Source: a virus. Taken from it: 64,000 nt of DNA. The stretch covers positions 44,529-108,528 of IMG/VR virus record IMGVR_UViG_3300015171_000002, one strand, 5' to 3'. The first letter of the stretch is position 1. Each line of letters begins with the position of its first letter. Under the pieces are notes generated by a model. It had not been told where the DNA came from, searched no databases, and worked only from the letters and a program-made list of their open reading frames with translations. Of this stretch, positions 28,740-40,283 are shown one piece after another. A program made the translations under genes and the position numbers.

Positions 28740-29819
28740 ATGAAACTGCCTTTTTTGCCGTCTGAAGATGAATTTTATATAAAGGATGTGATGATTGGTG
28801 AAACAGCCTGTATTCTGATTACTCCTAAAATCAGCGCACATTGGGATTCTGAGAATGTTATTTTTCGTTCTAGTGTTTGGAATAAAGAAACTGGTGAATT
28901 AGTTAGTCCATCTTTCAAGAAATTTCATAATTTAGGTGAAGCACCGGATTTATTTCCTTTACCATCTAATTTAAATAAATCATCTTTTATTGAAAAGATT
29001 GATGGTTCAACATTGATTGTTTCTTGGTATAGTTATAATCAGATTATTCGGACTAGGGGTACTGTAGATGCTAGACAAATGGACAACGGCGCTGAAATAG
29101 ATTTATTGATTGAAAAATATCCACTGGCATTCAAGTTTCATAATGGGCAAAATACTTTTATTTTTGAATGGGTTACTCCTGCTAATCGAATTGTAGTGGA
29201 TTATAAAGAGCCAGATATGATTTTTATCGGCGCAATTAATCACCGTGATTATTCTTACTGGACACAAGCACAATTAGATTATTTAGCCCAAGAAAATGGT
29301 TATAAACGTCCACAACGCTATTTTGTAAAAAATAGTACTGAACTAATCGATTTAGTTACTGATTTTCAGGATAAAGAAGGTATTGTAGTTTATTATAATA
29401 ATGATCAAAACATGCGGAAAGTAAAGAGTCCACGTTATCTTGCACTTCATACGCTAAAGAATATGGCCGATAGTGATAAAGCTATGGTAGATTTATTCAT
29501 GGAATATCAGATGCCGGTTTATTCTGATTTTATGAAAATGCTGGAAGGTGATTACGATTATGAAATCGCACAATTTCTAATTGGAAAAGTTTCTAAAATC
29601 TGTGATTCATTCAAAGAGTACCAAAAATTTTATAATCATATTGTCGGTTTTGTAGATAATATTCGTTCTATGCCAACACGAAAGGAACAGGCATTAAAAA
29701 TTCAATCTGCTTATGGAAATACTATTCGTTCTGGTATGGCTTTTTCTATTCTGGATAATAAAGAAATTGATCAAAGAAAAATAAAACAGATTCTTTTACA
29801 GATGATGGCGAAGGTGTAG
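28740..29819 (+). CDS. RNA ligase 1 (T4 RnlA-like)
   Basis: KKFHNLGE, EKIDGS motif I, TRG, FEW, EGIVV and KVKS motifs. Confidence 0.88.
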   Translation: MKLPFLPSEDEFYIKDVMIGETACILITPKISAHWDSENVIFRSSVWNKETGELVSPSFKKFHNLGEAPDLFPLPSNLNKSSFIEKIDGSTLIVSWYSYNQIIRTRGTVDARQMDNGAEIDLLIEKYPLAFKFHNGQNTFIFEWVTPANRIVVDYKEPDMIFIGAINHRDYSYWTQAQLDYLAQENGYKRPQRYFVKNSTELIDLVTDFQDKEGIVVYYNNDQNMRKVKSPRYLALHTLKNMADSDKAMVDLFMEYQMPVYSDFMKMLEGDYDYEIAQFLIGKVSKICDSFKEYQKFYNHIVGFVDNIRSMPTRKEQALKIQSAYGNTIRSGMAFSILDNKEIDQRKIKQILLQMMAKV

Positions 29820-31044
29820 TACTAGAGTACTATTGCACCAATAGCGGTTTTATAATAAAATGTTTTCAACGGTAAAGAACATCTAGCTACTATAGGAGAA
29901 ATAAAATGCGTGACGAATTTGAAAGTTCACATTTCCTAGATGGTACTCCTATTCCAGATAATTATTTTGATATTCTGGCGCTGTTTACTGAAGGAATGGA
30001 TTCTATCAGTGAGCAGGATGAATATAATGATATGTATTTTGATCCTATTCTAAATCGATATCGGCCAATTCCTAGTGTAGAATATGATGGAGATTAGAAA
30101 TGCGTAATGATAATTGGGAAAAAGTAGGCAAGGTTATTATAATTCTAGTCGTGATTTTTGGATTTACTTTTATGCTTGTTGCCGGAAGTGATAGCTTAAC
30201 ATATAATGATTTTTCAGCTAACTGTTCCAGTGTCATGAAAGTTTCTAAATATCCTGCTAAAATGGAAATTGATTTTTGGGATTATCATAATAACCATTGT
30301 TGGTTAGAAGTAGCACCGGGAATTTGGGCTGATAGTAATTATATTCAATACGATAAGGCACAATAAAATGTCAAATGTTGCTGATGCTCTGCAAGGTGAT
30401 TTGAATAATATTCAAAACAAAGAAGTTTCTAAATGGGAGAATACTTCGGAAACAAATGAAATTGTACTCCCATTTGAAATTCGAAGTCAATTTCGTCCTA
30501 AACTGATGGAATTCTTTGAAATGACAAATAAGCGACACGGTGCATATCTTTGGGCAGAGCAAAAAACAAAAGATTATTTTGAAACCGCTTTGGGAATTCC
30601 CCAAAAAGCTTGGGTATATCGGACTCGTCATTCAGGATAATATAAAATGGCTAGAGATTTGACTAAAATTATTGATTTGATGATTGCTGAAATTCCCGCT
30701 GGAAACGATGATTTTATTTCTAATTTAAAATCTAATCGGACAAGTGTTGAATATAGTTCTCCCGAAACAATGGGTTTACGTTGGGAAACAGTAGCAGAAA
30801 CTTTAATGGATTTTATTGGAATAGATGAAAATAGTTTTACAGACTGGCAGAAACGAATTATTAATATCTGGATGGATAAAGAGATATTTGAATTAAATGT
30901 GTAAACATCCACCAGAAAGATATTATACAGTAAATTTCTTTGGGCCGATTGATCCTGAAGATATAAATACTATCTGGTGTAATCAGATTTGGGTAGGTTG
31001 TTTAGATTGTGGAAAAGAAATAGGAATTATTATTCCTAAAAAAT

Positions 31045-31129
31045 CGGGTAGTGGTGGAACGGAATACATAACAGACTTAAAATCTGTGGGATTGAAAAAT
31101 CCATGAGAGTTCGAATCTCTCCTGCCCGA
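31045..31129 (+). tRNA. tRNA-Leu(UAA) with long variable arm
   Basis: CGGGTAG/CTGCCCG; ACAGA-CTTAAAA-TCTGT; GAGAG-TTCGAAT-CTCTC. Confidence 0.9.
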
Positions 31130-31155
31130 CTATTTATAATAAAAGGATAAATAAA

Positions 31156-31836
31156 ATGAAATTTTATAAGGTTGGTGGTTTTGTACGTGATCAAATTATG
31201 GGAATAAAATCTCACGATTTAGATTATGCCGTGGAAGCCGAATCTTATGATGAGATGAGAGATTATATTAGTTCTCATGGTAAGATATATCTCGAAACAC
31301 CGGAATTCTACACAATCCGGGGGAAAATGCCTGGAATGGGTGATTGTGATTTTGTTTTATGTCGTAAAGAAAGTGATTATACTGATGGTCGGCATCCTGA
31401 TAAAGTAGAAGTAGGAACTATTCTGGATGATTTGGCTAGACGTGATTTTACTATGAATGCCATTGCTATTGATGAAGATGGTAATTATATTGATCCATTT
31501 GAAGGTATCGCGCATATTAAAAATAAAGCAATTATTTGTGTGGGTGATACTGAAACACAATTAAAACAAGATGCTTTAAGAATGATTCGTGCTGTTCGCC
31601 TTTCTGTAACTAAAAGAATGAATATCGGTTATGAAATTGATCATTTTTTGAGAAATGGTTATAATTCTTTGTTACTGGATAATATTTCAAACGATAGAAT
31701 TAAAGATGAAATAAATAAAATGTGGGAATTCGATCCATTTAATGCCTTTATTGCCATGCGACGTTATAGTACTATGTTTGAATATATTTTCCAAACAAAA
31801 GATATTTGGATGAAAGCGACATTAGAAAAGAGATAA
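31156..31836 (+). CDS. cca: Class II tRNA nucleotidyltransferase (CCA-adding/poly(A) polymerase head domain)
   Basis: VGGFVRD, DLD, DDLARRDFTMNAIA, DPF.G and DALRMIRAVR motifs. Confidence 0.92.
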   Translation: MKFYKVGGFVRDQIMGIKSHDLDYAVEAESYDEMRDYISSHGKIYLETPEFYTIRGKMPGMGDCDFVLCRKESDYTDGRHPDKVEVGTILDDLARRDFTMNAIAIDEDGNYIDPFEGIAHIKNKAIICVGDTETQLKQDALRMIRAVRLSVTKRMNIGYEIDHFLRNGYNSLLLDNISNDRIKDEINKMWEFDPFNAFIAMRRYSTMFEYIFQTKDIWMKATLEKR

Positions 31837-31837
31837 T

Positions 31838-32875
31838 ATGGCAAGTGCAACTATTCAACGAATTAAAGATATTCAACCTATTCCCGATGCTGATAAAATT
31901 GAATTAGCAACAGTAATGGGTTGGCAACTTGTAACTGCTAAAGAAAATAATTTCAAAGCAAATGATTTTGTTATATATGTAGAAATCGACTCTATCACTG
32001 AGGATAGACCAGAATACGAATTCTTGCGTGATCGAAATTTCAGAATAAAAACAATTAAATTGCGTGGTCAGATTAGTCAGGGATTAATTCTACCTGTTAG
32101 TTTATTGGGTGATGCCTGGATTGATTATACTGAAAATGGCATAGATATGCTTTATCCTGTTGGAAATGGATTATGGGCGAATGTACCTTATCCACATTAT
32201 AATGAAGGTGATGATGTTTCTGAGATTCTAGGTATTAAACATTATGAAAAACCATTACCATTAGAATTATCTGGAATGGCAATTGGGAGTTTTCCTAGTT
32301 TCTTATCTCGAACAGATGAAGATATGGTACAATCTTGTTTGCGAAAATTAGATGCTTTGCAAGGTAAGCCATATTATATTACTGTCAAAGTTGATGGTAT
32401 GTCTGCAACGTTCTATAAATGGGAGGAAAGATTCGGGGTTTGTTCGCGTAATTTGGAACTAAAAGAGCATGAAAATAATGTATTCTGGAAATTAGCTCAT
32501 AAATATAGTCTGGAAACGATAAAGGATGGTATCTATCTACAGGGTGAGGTAGCAGGCCCAGGCATACAAAAAAATAAACTAGGATTAAAAGAGCCAGATT
32601 TATTTATTTTCAATGTAAAACATATTCAAGGCAATAAACAAATTTCTTTTACTGAAATGGTGCAAACCTTAGAATATCCCGGCAAATGTAAAATGGTTCC
32701 AGTTTTAGCATCTGGTGATAATTTCTCATTGAAATTAAATGATTTAATTGAATTAGCCAATCATGTAAAATATGATAATGGAGCCGCCGCAGAAGGTATT
32801 GTAGTCAGATCACAAGATGGATTGATTAGTTTTAAATGTATGAATAATAATTATTTACTGAAAAATGGAGAATAA
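31838..32875 (+). CDS. RNA ligase, DRB0094/Rnl2-like family with N-terminal OB domain
   Basis: IQPIPDADKIELA...RIKTIKLRGQISQGL; KVDG motif I, QGE, GPGIQKN, EGIV and FK motifs. Confidence 0.92.
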   Translation: MASATIQRIKDIQPIPDADKIELATVMGWQLVTAKENNFKANDFVIYVEIDSITEDRPEYEFLRDRNFRIKTIKLRGQISQGLILPVSLLGDAWIDYTENGIDMLYPVGNGLWANVPYPHYNEGDDVSEILGIKHYEKPLPLELSGMAIGSFPSFLSRTDEDMVQSCLRKLDALQGKPYYITVKVDGMSATFYKWEERFGVCSRNLELKEHENNVFWKLAHKYSLETIKDGIYLQGEVAGPGIQKNKLGLKEPDLFIFNVKHIQGNKQISFTEMVQTLEYPGKCKMVPVLASGDNFSLKLNDLIELANHVKYDNGAAAEGIVVRSQDGLISFKCMNNNYLLKNGE

Positions 32876-35800
32876 AATGAATTTAGGAGAGATAAAATTA
32901 GATTGGGATAGAAAAGGTTATTCGGCAGAACAAGTAATTGAATTACAAAAGTTATTTACTTTGCGTGGTGGTAGTGATAAAGCAAAAATAAAAGCTCAAC
33001 GCAATATTGTTCGAAATATGGGATTTTTGAGCCTACCTTTCTCTTTAAACAAGAAAAAGTTTTAGTAGTACCAATGTCCTATTGCGCGTTTTGGGATTTT
33101 GGAATAGAATTATTAAATGTTCATCGTATTCACTAGAGAAAAAGGATAAAATAATGTCAGAACTAATTACGTTTGTTGTAAAGAATGGAAATGGTCAGGT
33201 TTATAAGTTTAGTAAATTAGAACGTGGATTTACTTATGGTTCTCCATTGACTGATGGAGTAGCTAAACGTGGTCGACCGAGTAAATTTCCTACTGAAACC
33301 GTTATTATGTCACATCCTGTTACTGAAACAAGTTCTAATAAGGTTGTAAAGCCAGTTAAAAAGACTAATTTTCTAAAGGTTGTCAATACCGAAACATCCG
33401 AAAATGTAAATAAGCCGGAATTAGTTCCCGCTGGTGGTGGTAATCATGTTGAAGAAGAACGTGTAAAGGGTGACAATTTTTTAAAGCTCGACTAGTCGAT
33501 AAAAACAATAATTTATTACCCTGGAAAAAAATAAAAACAACTAAAATAAAATTGAATAAAGTTTTATGGTGCGGGAGTCATTTTTTGGTACAAATTTAAT
33601 TGTTTACAAAAAAACTTGATTTTTTCTAACCAGATTCTAACTTGACAAGTGTTGGTTTTTCCAGTAAGATAAACGCAGGATTGAAGATTAAAACAGCCGA
33701 CAAATAAATGTTGTCGTTTGAAATAGTTTTCAATCCAGCGTTTTTCTTATTTTAGGAGAGATAAAATGTCTTTTCAAACTGAAAATAATAAAACTGCTCG
33801 GTTTATCCGAGAAAACAGGAAAATATTTGTTGATATGTATAATAATAAACATTATTTACCGGGGCCATATACATATCATCCTGTAAAAAATGTAGTATCG
33901 GTTAAACCAGTAGATCAATATTCTAAAAAGCGTAAAACTGGTGTTTTATTTTTAGTGGATAATGAGCCGATTTGTGTTATGACATTTACTCATGCGATGG
34001 ATTTAGTAAAAAAGGATATTGAAAATGTCTAAACCAGTTGAATTTCAAACTACGGCACTCCTGGATAATAAATTTGATTTATATACCGTTCGTGGTTATC
34101 CTGTAGAAATTCCGGGTTATCCTTATATTACTGCCTATAAAGGATATTATAATATTAATACTCCTATTCATCGGGGTACAAAGAAGTGGTATATTGTGGA
34201 TGCGAATGCTCATTTTATTATTGGGCAGGGTCAGCGTAAAATTGAAGATGCTATGCAATCCACTATTGAATATTTGAAAGTTCATAATTGTACCGAATTG
34301 AACTATTGGGAAGCTATTCAATCTAGTTTGATGGTTGTCTTAAAAGGATTTGCAAAATGAATGATTTAGATGAATTTCTCAAACTAAATAATGAATTAAA
34401 AAAGCTTTTAAAAACATATACCGATGTTTATCAGTATCAAGAAAAAATGATGATCGCGGAATGGTTTGGATTGCGGCCAGATATTTATTTTTATTTTGAA
34501 TATAGTGAATGGGCTGATATCCGCGATGCCTTTCATCAGTTAGTTCTTTATGAAATTGATAATAATTTTTCTGCAATTCGTAGTTTCCATCATATTTCTA
34601 TTCGTGATGGTGTCAGTCTAAATTATAATGATATGCGAGATTTATATTATATTTGGGCTAAAGAAACTGGTCATAAAGTTTGGACTCCACAACAAATTGA
34701 GAATAAGGATAAGTGGCTAAATGGCTAATTCAGACTCTAATCTAATTGCTGTTCATAATCTCTGTTCAGATCAAATCTGGCATTATGATAGTCGGTATTG
34801 TACTCCCAAAGAGGCTTTAATTAATTGTTACGAGCAGTATATGAATAATAATTGGAATACTTGGCAATATGATTATACCCGGTATGATACTAAGATTTGT
34901 GAGGGTTCTCGAACATTAGCCATTGATAACTTTTGTGTTTTGAAAGAAGTTCCACATGCGTGAGCTAATTATTGCTAAACTGAATAAAATGATGGACAAA
35001 TATACCAGTATTGAATGGCAATATTGGTTTGGCACACAAAAACCAGATACTTTTAAATATATGACAGATCAACAAATTCTAAATTTTTATACAGATTTTA
35101 TTCGTAAAACTTCAATGCCAAGAGCCGGATAATAAAATGTCTGAAATATCTGAAAGTATGCAGGAACAATTTAATAGAATTATGCGAATAGCTATTGATA
35201 TTGGTTATAATGATAATGGTGGCTGTTCTGATTATTCTTATTATTTGTGTGCATTTTATCCGGAAAAAGATAATCATCTATGGAATATTATTGATGGATT
35301 GCCCACTTATATTTGGCGTTGGTTGAATAATAAAGGTTCTATAAGTTGGATTCTAGAAAATACTCCCGAAGTGGTGGAAAAACGAATTGGTGACGAATTA
35401 GATTTTATTATTCTTTTAGAAAAAGAATTTTTTGAATGGAAAAAACTTCAGGGTTAGAATCTTCTAACTTGACAGCGACACAAATTCTGTTATAATACTT
35501 GTATATCGGGCAGAAAAACTAATTTATAGGAGAAACTGTAATGAATGTTTTGGTCGGACATAATTCAGAAGAGAATGGTTATGTGGTGCATAATTATCCC
35601 TATGGTGGCCGCAGAACTGATATTCGCTATTGGATTGAATATAAACTGATTACTAAGATTCATTCATGGCGGTTTTGTAGTCAAACTCTTAATCCTAAAA
35701 CTAATCGTTGGAACGCGCCTAAATGCTCAACTTATGTGGATAAGCCTTTGCTGATGGGAATTAATCCAGAAAATAATCATGTTGAGCGAATTGATACGCC

Positions 35801-37644
35801 ATATAATGATAAAATTTCTGATTTGAAAGTATTTTATCAGACGTATAGTAATTATTTCAATCTGGAACAATTAGAAGCTTTTCGTGCTTATTTTATCGGT
35901 AAGGTAGCGCGGATTAATAAGGCTGATATGTGGGATAAGTGCTATAAAGGCGAAATTCCATTTGCTGAACATAGTAGGGCTGTTACTCTGGAATATATTA
36001 GTTTGAATAATCTTGTAAAAGCTGATGGCCTAGATGAATTTGTAGAGACGGTCTGATATGAATATTTTTGGTTTATTTCAAAAGAAACATAAGCATAAGC
36101 ATATTATTATTCCAATCGAGCAATATAAACCAGTTAAGACATTTACAACTCAAGTAAATTGTCCAAATTGTCGTAATTTTATTAGTTTAAATTTTCCAGT
36201 TGGAACAAATGTTAGACTAGCTCATAAAACTTGTTCTATTTGTGAATATAATTGGGAATAATGAAATGGATAATGTCAGCGTCAAGCATGATAAACTAAG
36301 TTTTGATTTTTTCGGTGTTAATGGTTATTCGAATGATGGAGATAGTTATTCTGTTCGAATTGCTAAAATGAATATACCGCCTGAAAACTGGATAAATCAT
36401 CCACCTTATCATATTCCTAATCCTGATTACAATTATTTTGGTCGTTTGTTTGAGAAGTCACCAGAAATGCTTAAAATGCTTAAAGAATATCTTTATCTAA
36501 TCATGACAATGGATTTACCGCTTACCGAAAAGGAAATTCGTGATTTGATTAAATATATTGAAAAGGGGACAGAATGAATTTACCAGTTGCAGCTATTCTT
36601 GATTTTCTTTTAGTTTTGTTTATTTTCTTTAGGTGGCTATTAGTATTGTATCAATTACTAACTAAATCTATTACACTTGTTGTAGGCAGTTTCGATTTTA
36701 TTGCTTATCTTTTTGTTCTTTTTTGGGCAGTTTCATTACTAATTGGTATTGTCCTAGCAGGAGTAGTAAAATGATGGATGCAATTGAAAAACCGACTAAT
36801 CAGGAATTTATTGATTGGTTTCGTAATATTTGGAGTGAACGTATTATTAATGGTAATCTAAATTCTGATCCATTGGATATTCTTTCTGAGACTGTTACTG
36901 ATATTCTTTGGGGATTTGAAGAATTTGGTGATGTCAAGGATTGGCTAGAATATGGTAGTCTGACTCATCATTCTCGGCGTGGTTATCCGGTAACTAAAAC
37001 GTTAGTCAAAACCGCGATTTATTTGTGGTATAATTGGAGCGAATAAAATGTTAATTATTGAATATGTTCCAGACGAAAATAAAGTAGCTGTAGCTGATGG
37101 AAATGTAGACCGATATGTAGATGATATCCTACGTTTAGGTCTTTTGTCTGGTTATAAGAATTTTATTCATAATGGTGGAGATATCGAACTACAATATTCT
37201 ACTTCTAATATTTTTACTGCCTTTCGAGTAGCAATAAAGGAAGGTCGAATTAGTAGGGTTATTATTCGTTTCAAGTTCAATGGTAAACTAATTGAATATG
37301 ATAAAGATGGTAGGTCGGAAAACTGGCCGGATGGTTTCTTAGATTATGAGCATAAACTATTAGAACGTTTGTTGACAAGAAATAAATAAAATGTTAGAAT
37401 ATCTCGGAATTGATAATTTTAAATCAGTTGGGGATGATGTTTTTGATTTGTTTTTTATTACCGCTGAGAATGAAGCAGAAGCTTTTAATAAAATGCGGAT
37501 TGCTACAGGTTTGGTAGATACTAAATTTGATAAGTATTGTGAACAAAATTTTAGTTTTCAGCTTATTCCAGTCCGCACTAATAAAGAATTAGAATTGGAT
37601 TGTGTTGCATTGGGAGAAATCAGAAGTTCTAGATAATATAATAA

Positions 37645-37729
37645 CGGGCATTATGCACTTTACTCTTATAAGGTAAGCTCATCATAAGGTGCTATGGTTG
37701 CAACGAAAGTTCGATTCTTTCATGCCCGA
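37645..37729 (+). tRNA. Atypical tRNA-Ile(UAU)-like gene with no D-arm in the normal position
   Basis: CGGGCAT/ATGCCCG; TTACT-CTTATAA-GGTAA; GAAAG-TTCGATT-CTTTC; A-CTA trailer like the other tRNAs. Confidence 0.72.
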
Positions 37730-39572
37730 CTATTCAAATATAAAAGGATAATAAAAATGGACGATGATGATAGAATTATTTTAGGCTTACAGAATAGAAT
37801 TCGTAGTCTGGAACATGATTTAGGCGCTAGAAGTCTTTCTGTTAAAATGTATGTGGAACAGATTTGGAGATTAGATTCTTATTATAATCAAGTTAAAGCT
37901 GGAACAATAAAATTCGATTTAGAAGTTTTACATGATTTGATTAAAAATCGTAAATATTATGGTTTCAAATTTTTTGCAAAGGATAAATAAAATGCAATTA
38001 GAAATTAGTCAAGACGATGTTGATAAAGCTAATAGTTTTACTACTCGCTATTGTCCCACAGAATATGCTATGTTACGGGCCGGATATATTAATCCTAATG
38101 TTGGATTTCATTATGCTACAGCCATTTTGAATAATGAACAAAAACATTTCGACTGTTCAGATAGTTTAACTGAACAAATTAATAATTGGTGTCAAGATGA
38201 AACTGGTATTTTTGTACCCGGTATTTATGAATTAATAGAATACGATTAATAATATGACACCCAACCAATTAGAAAAACTTATTCAAGAAATAAAAGATTT
38301 ATGTGTGAAATATAAATGTAATATTGTGCCTGTCACCAGTCGGGAATTTAAAGAAACGACTAATAGTTCTGGGCTACCCGATTTTCAATTAAGTTTAGTG
38401 AATTGGCCGGGAGATTTACAACCAATTGTTTTAGTAAGTTATGTGAAACAAATGATTTCTGACGGTAAGAGATTGAATGTAGAATATAATGGCGATAAAT
38501 GGCGTTCTTTTTAAAGGATAATATGATATGTATCATAAACTAACTTATAAAATTCCGGTAATTGTTCGTGTTGAGGATGAAAATGGAGAAGATAATATTG
38601 ATAGTTCTTTATCTAATTCTGTTGCCGTTTTACAGATTTGTTGTGATGCCTTTAATGATGCTGATGTGGGTCAATATCTGAATATTCCACTAAAATCCTG
38701 TCGTATGGTTTTTCATACGGATACTTTATTAGTAGAATGTTATCTATCCGATAATACTTATAATAACTGGCCGGGTGATGTTTCTAAATTTCTTTTAGAT
38801 GAACTAAATGGACAAATGAGCGATGGTTGGGGAGAAGGATTTGAGCAGTTTAGTTATGATCTTTCTCGTTATCCCGGTAATGATATTGGAGAGGTTTATA
38901 TATCTTGTTGGGGTCATGATGCTGACCAAAAGGTGACATTTCTAGACTATCATCCTACTACTCGCCTAAGGTAAATAATATGATATTTTATAAAACTGAT
39001 GGTACAGCCGAAATTGGTCGTAAAATTTGTAATTGTAAGAATCATGTGGAGCCACATTGGTTATATCTAATCAATAAAGAAAAGAAATTAAACGAATCCT
39101 TTACCAGTGCTGATCGAATTATTAGAGACTTAAATACATTAAAAAATTTCCATAAAGAAATGGAAAAACGTGGTATTCTAGAAATTTTCCGAGGATAAAT
39201 ATAATGTCAAAACGAAATATTGCACTAACACTAGAAAAAAACTATCTAAATGGTTATGATATTTCTGTATTTCAGCGTATCTGTAAAGAGTCTGGTATTG
39301 AAACTGGTCAGTGGACAATGGGATTATCGGAAGAATTACAATCTAGTAACGTTGAAAAATTTGATTATTTTATTATTCTGAATGTAAACGAAAAAGATTT
39401 TGAATTTATTCAAGGTTTATTTGCCGGTCGGTGTCAAGAAAAACCTAAAGTATTTATTATTGGCTTGCTAGGCTGAAAACTCTAACCGGATTCTAACTTG
39501 ACTTCTCACTCGTTGACACTATAATACATACATAGGCGAGACGGAAAACATCTATTTTCGGGAGAAAATAAA

Positions 39573-40283
39573 ATGGAAACTGAAAACGTAATCAATAAAA
39601 TTCGTGGCGCATTGGCATTATCTCAGAATGCTGGAACTAAGGCAGAAGCAGAACAAGCTACTCGTATGGTTCAAATGCTACTGCATAAATATAATTTGGA
39701 ATTGTCTGATATTGCTCGGTCAGATAATATTCCAGTGGTGACTAAGCACTATTATTCGAATGGTAAGAATAATTCGAATATTTTAGGTAGACTGGCCGGT
39801 GTTCTTTCTGAATTCAATTTTGTGCATGTTTATATGACGCATAAGGCAATTGAAGTCGATGGAAATAAATTGGTTGTGGCCGCAATTGCTTTTGTTGGCA
39901 GGGAAGTGAATGTGGATACTGTTTTAGATTTGTTTTATAAAATGAAACTGGTTATTGAGCGTACATCTGCTATTGAATTCCGTTTGGCTCAAACCGGGCG
40001 GCATGGTAAGGCATGGAAAGCAAGTTTTGAAATGGGCATGGTGGAAGGTATTTATCAGAATTTGGCGCGAGAAAATAATGAATTTCTGAAGATGAAGTCA
40101 ATTGCTAATGGCCGAACTGGTATGGAATTGACTATCAATCTAAATGCGGAAAATGAAACCTATTTGGTAAATTCTGGATTGAAATTTCATAAGCGCCCTG
40201 CACCACGAATTCGAGACTCTCAGGCTTATTATTCTGGTGTTGAGCATGGTAAGGATATGTCAACAAAGGATAAGGTAAACTAA
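39573..40283 (+). CDS. DUF2786-domain protein
   Basis: INKIRGALALS...EAEQA...LLHKYNL N-terminus; SF..G in the C-terminal part. Confidence 0.7.
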   Translation: METENVINKIRGALALSQNAGTKAEAEQATRMVQMLLHKYNLELSDIARSDNIPVVTKHYYSNGKNNSNILGRLAGVLSEFNFVHVYMTHKAIEVDGNKLVVAAIAFVGREVNVDTVLDLFYKMKLVIERTSAIEFRLAQTGRHGKAWKASFEMGMVEGIYQNLARENNEFLKMKSIANGRTGMELTINLNAENETYLVNSGLKFHKRPAPRIRDSQAYYSGVEHGKDMSTKDKVN

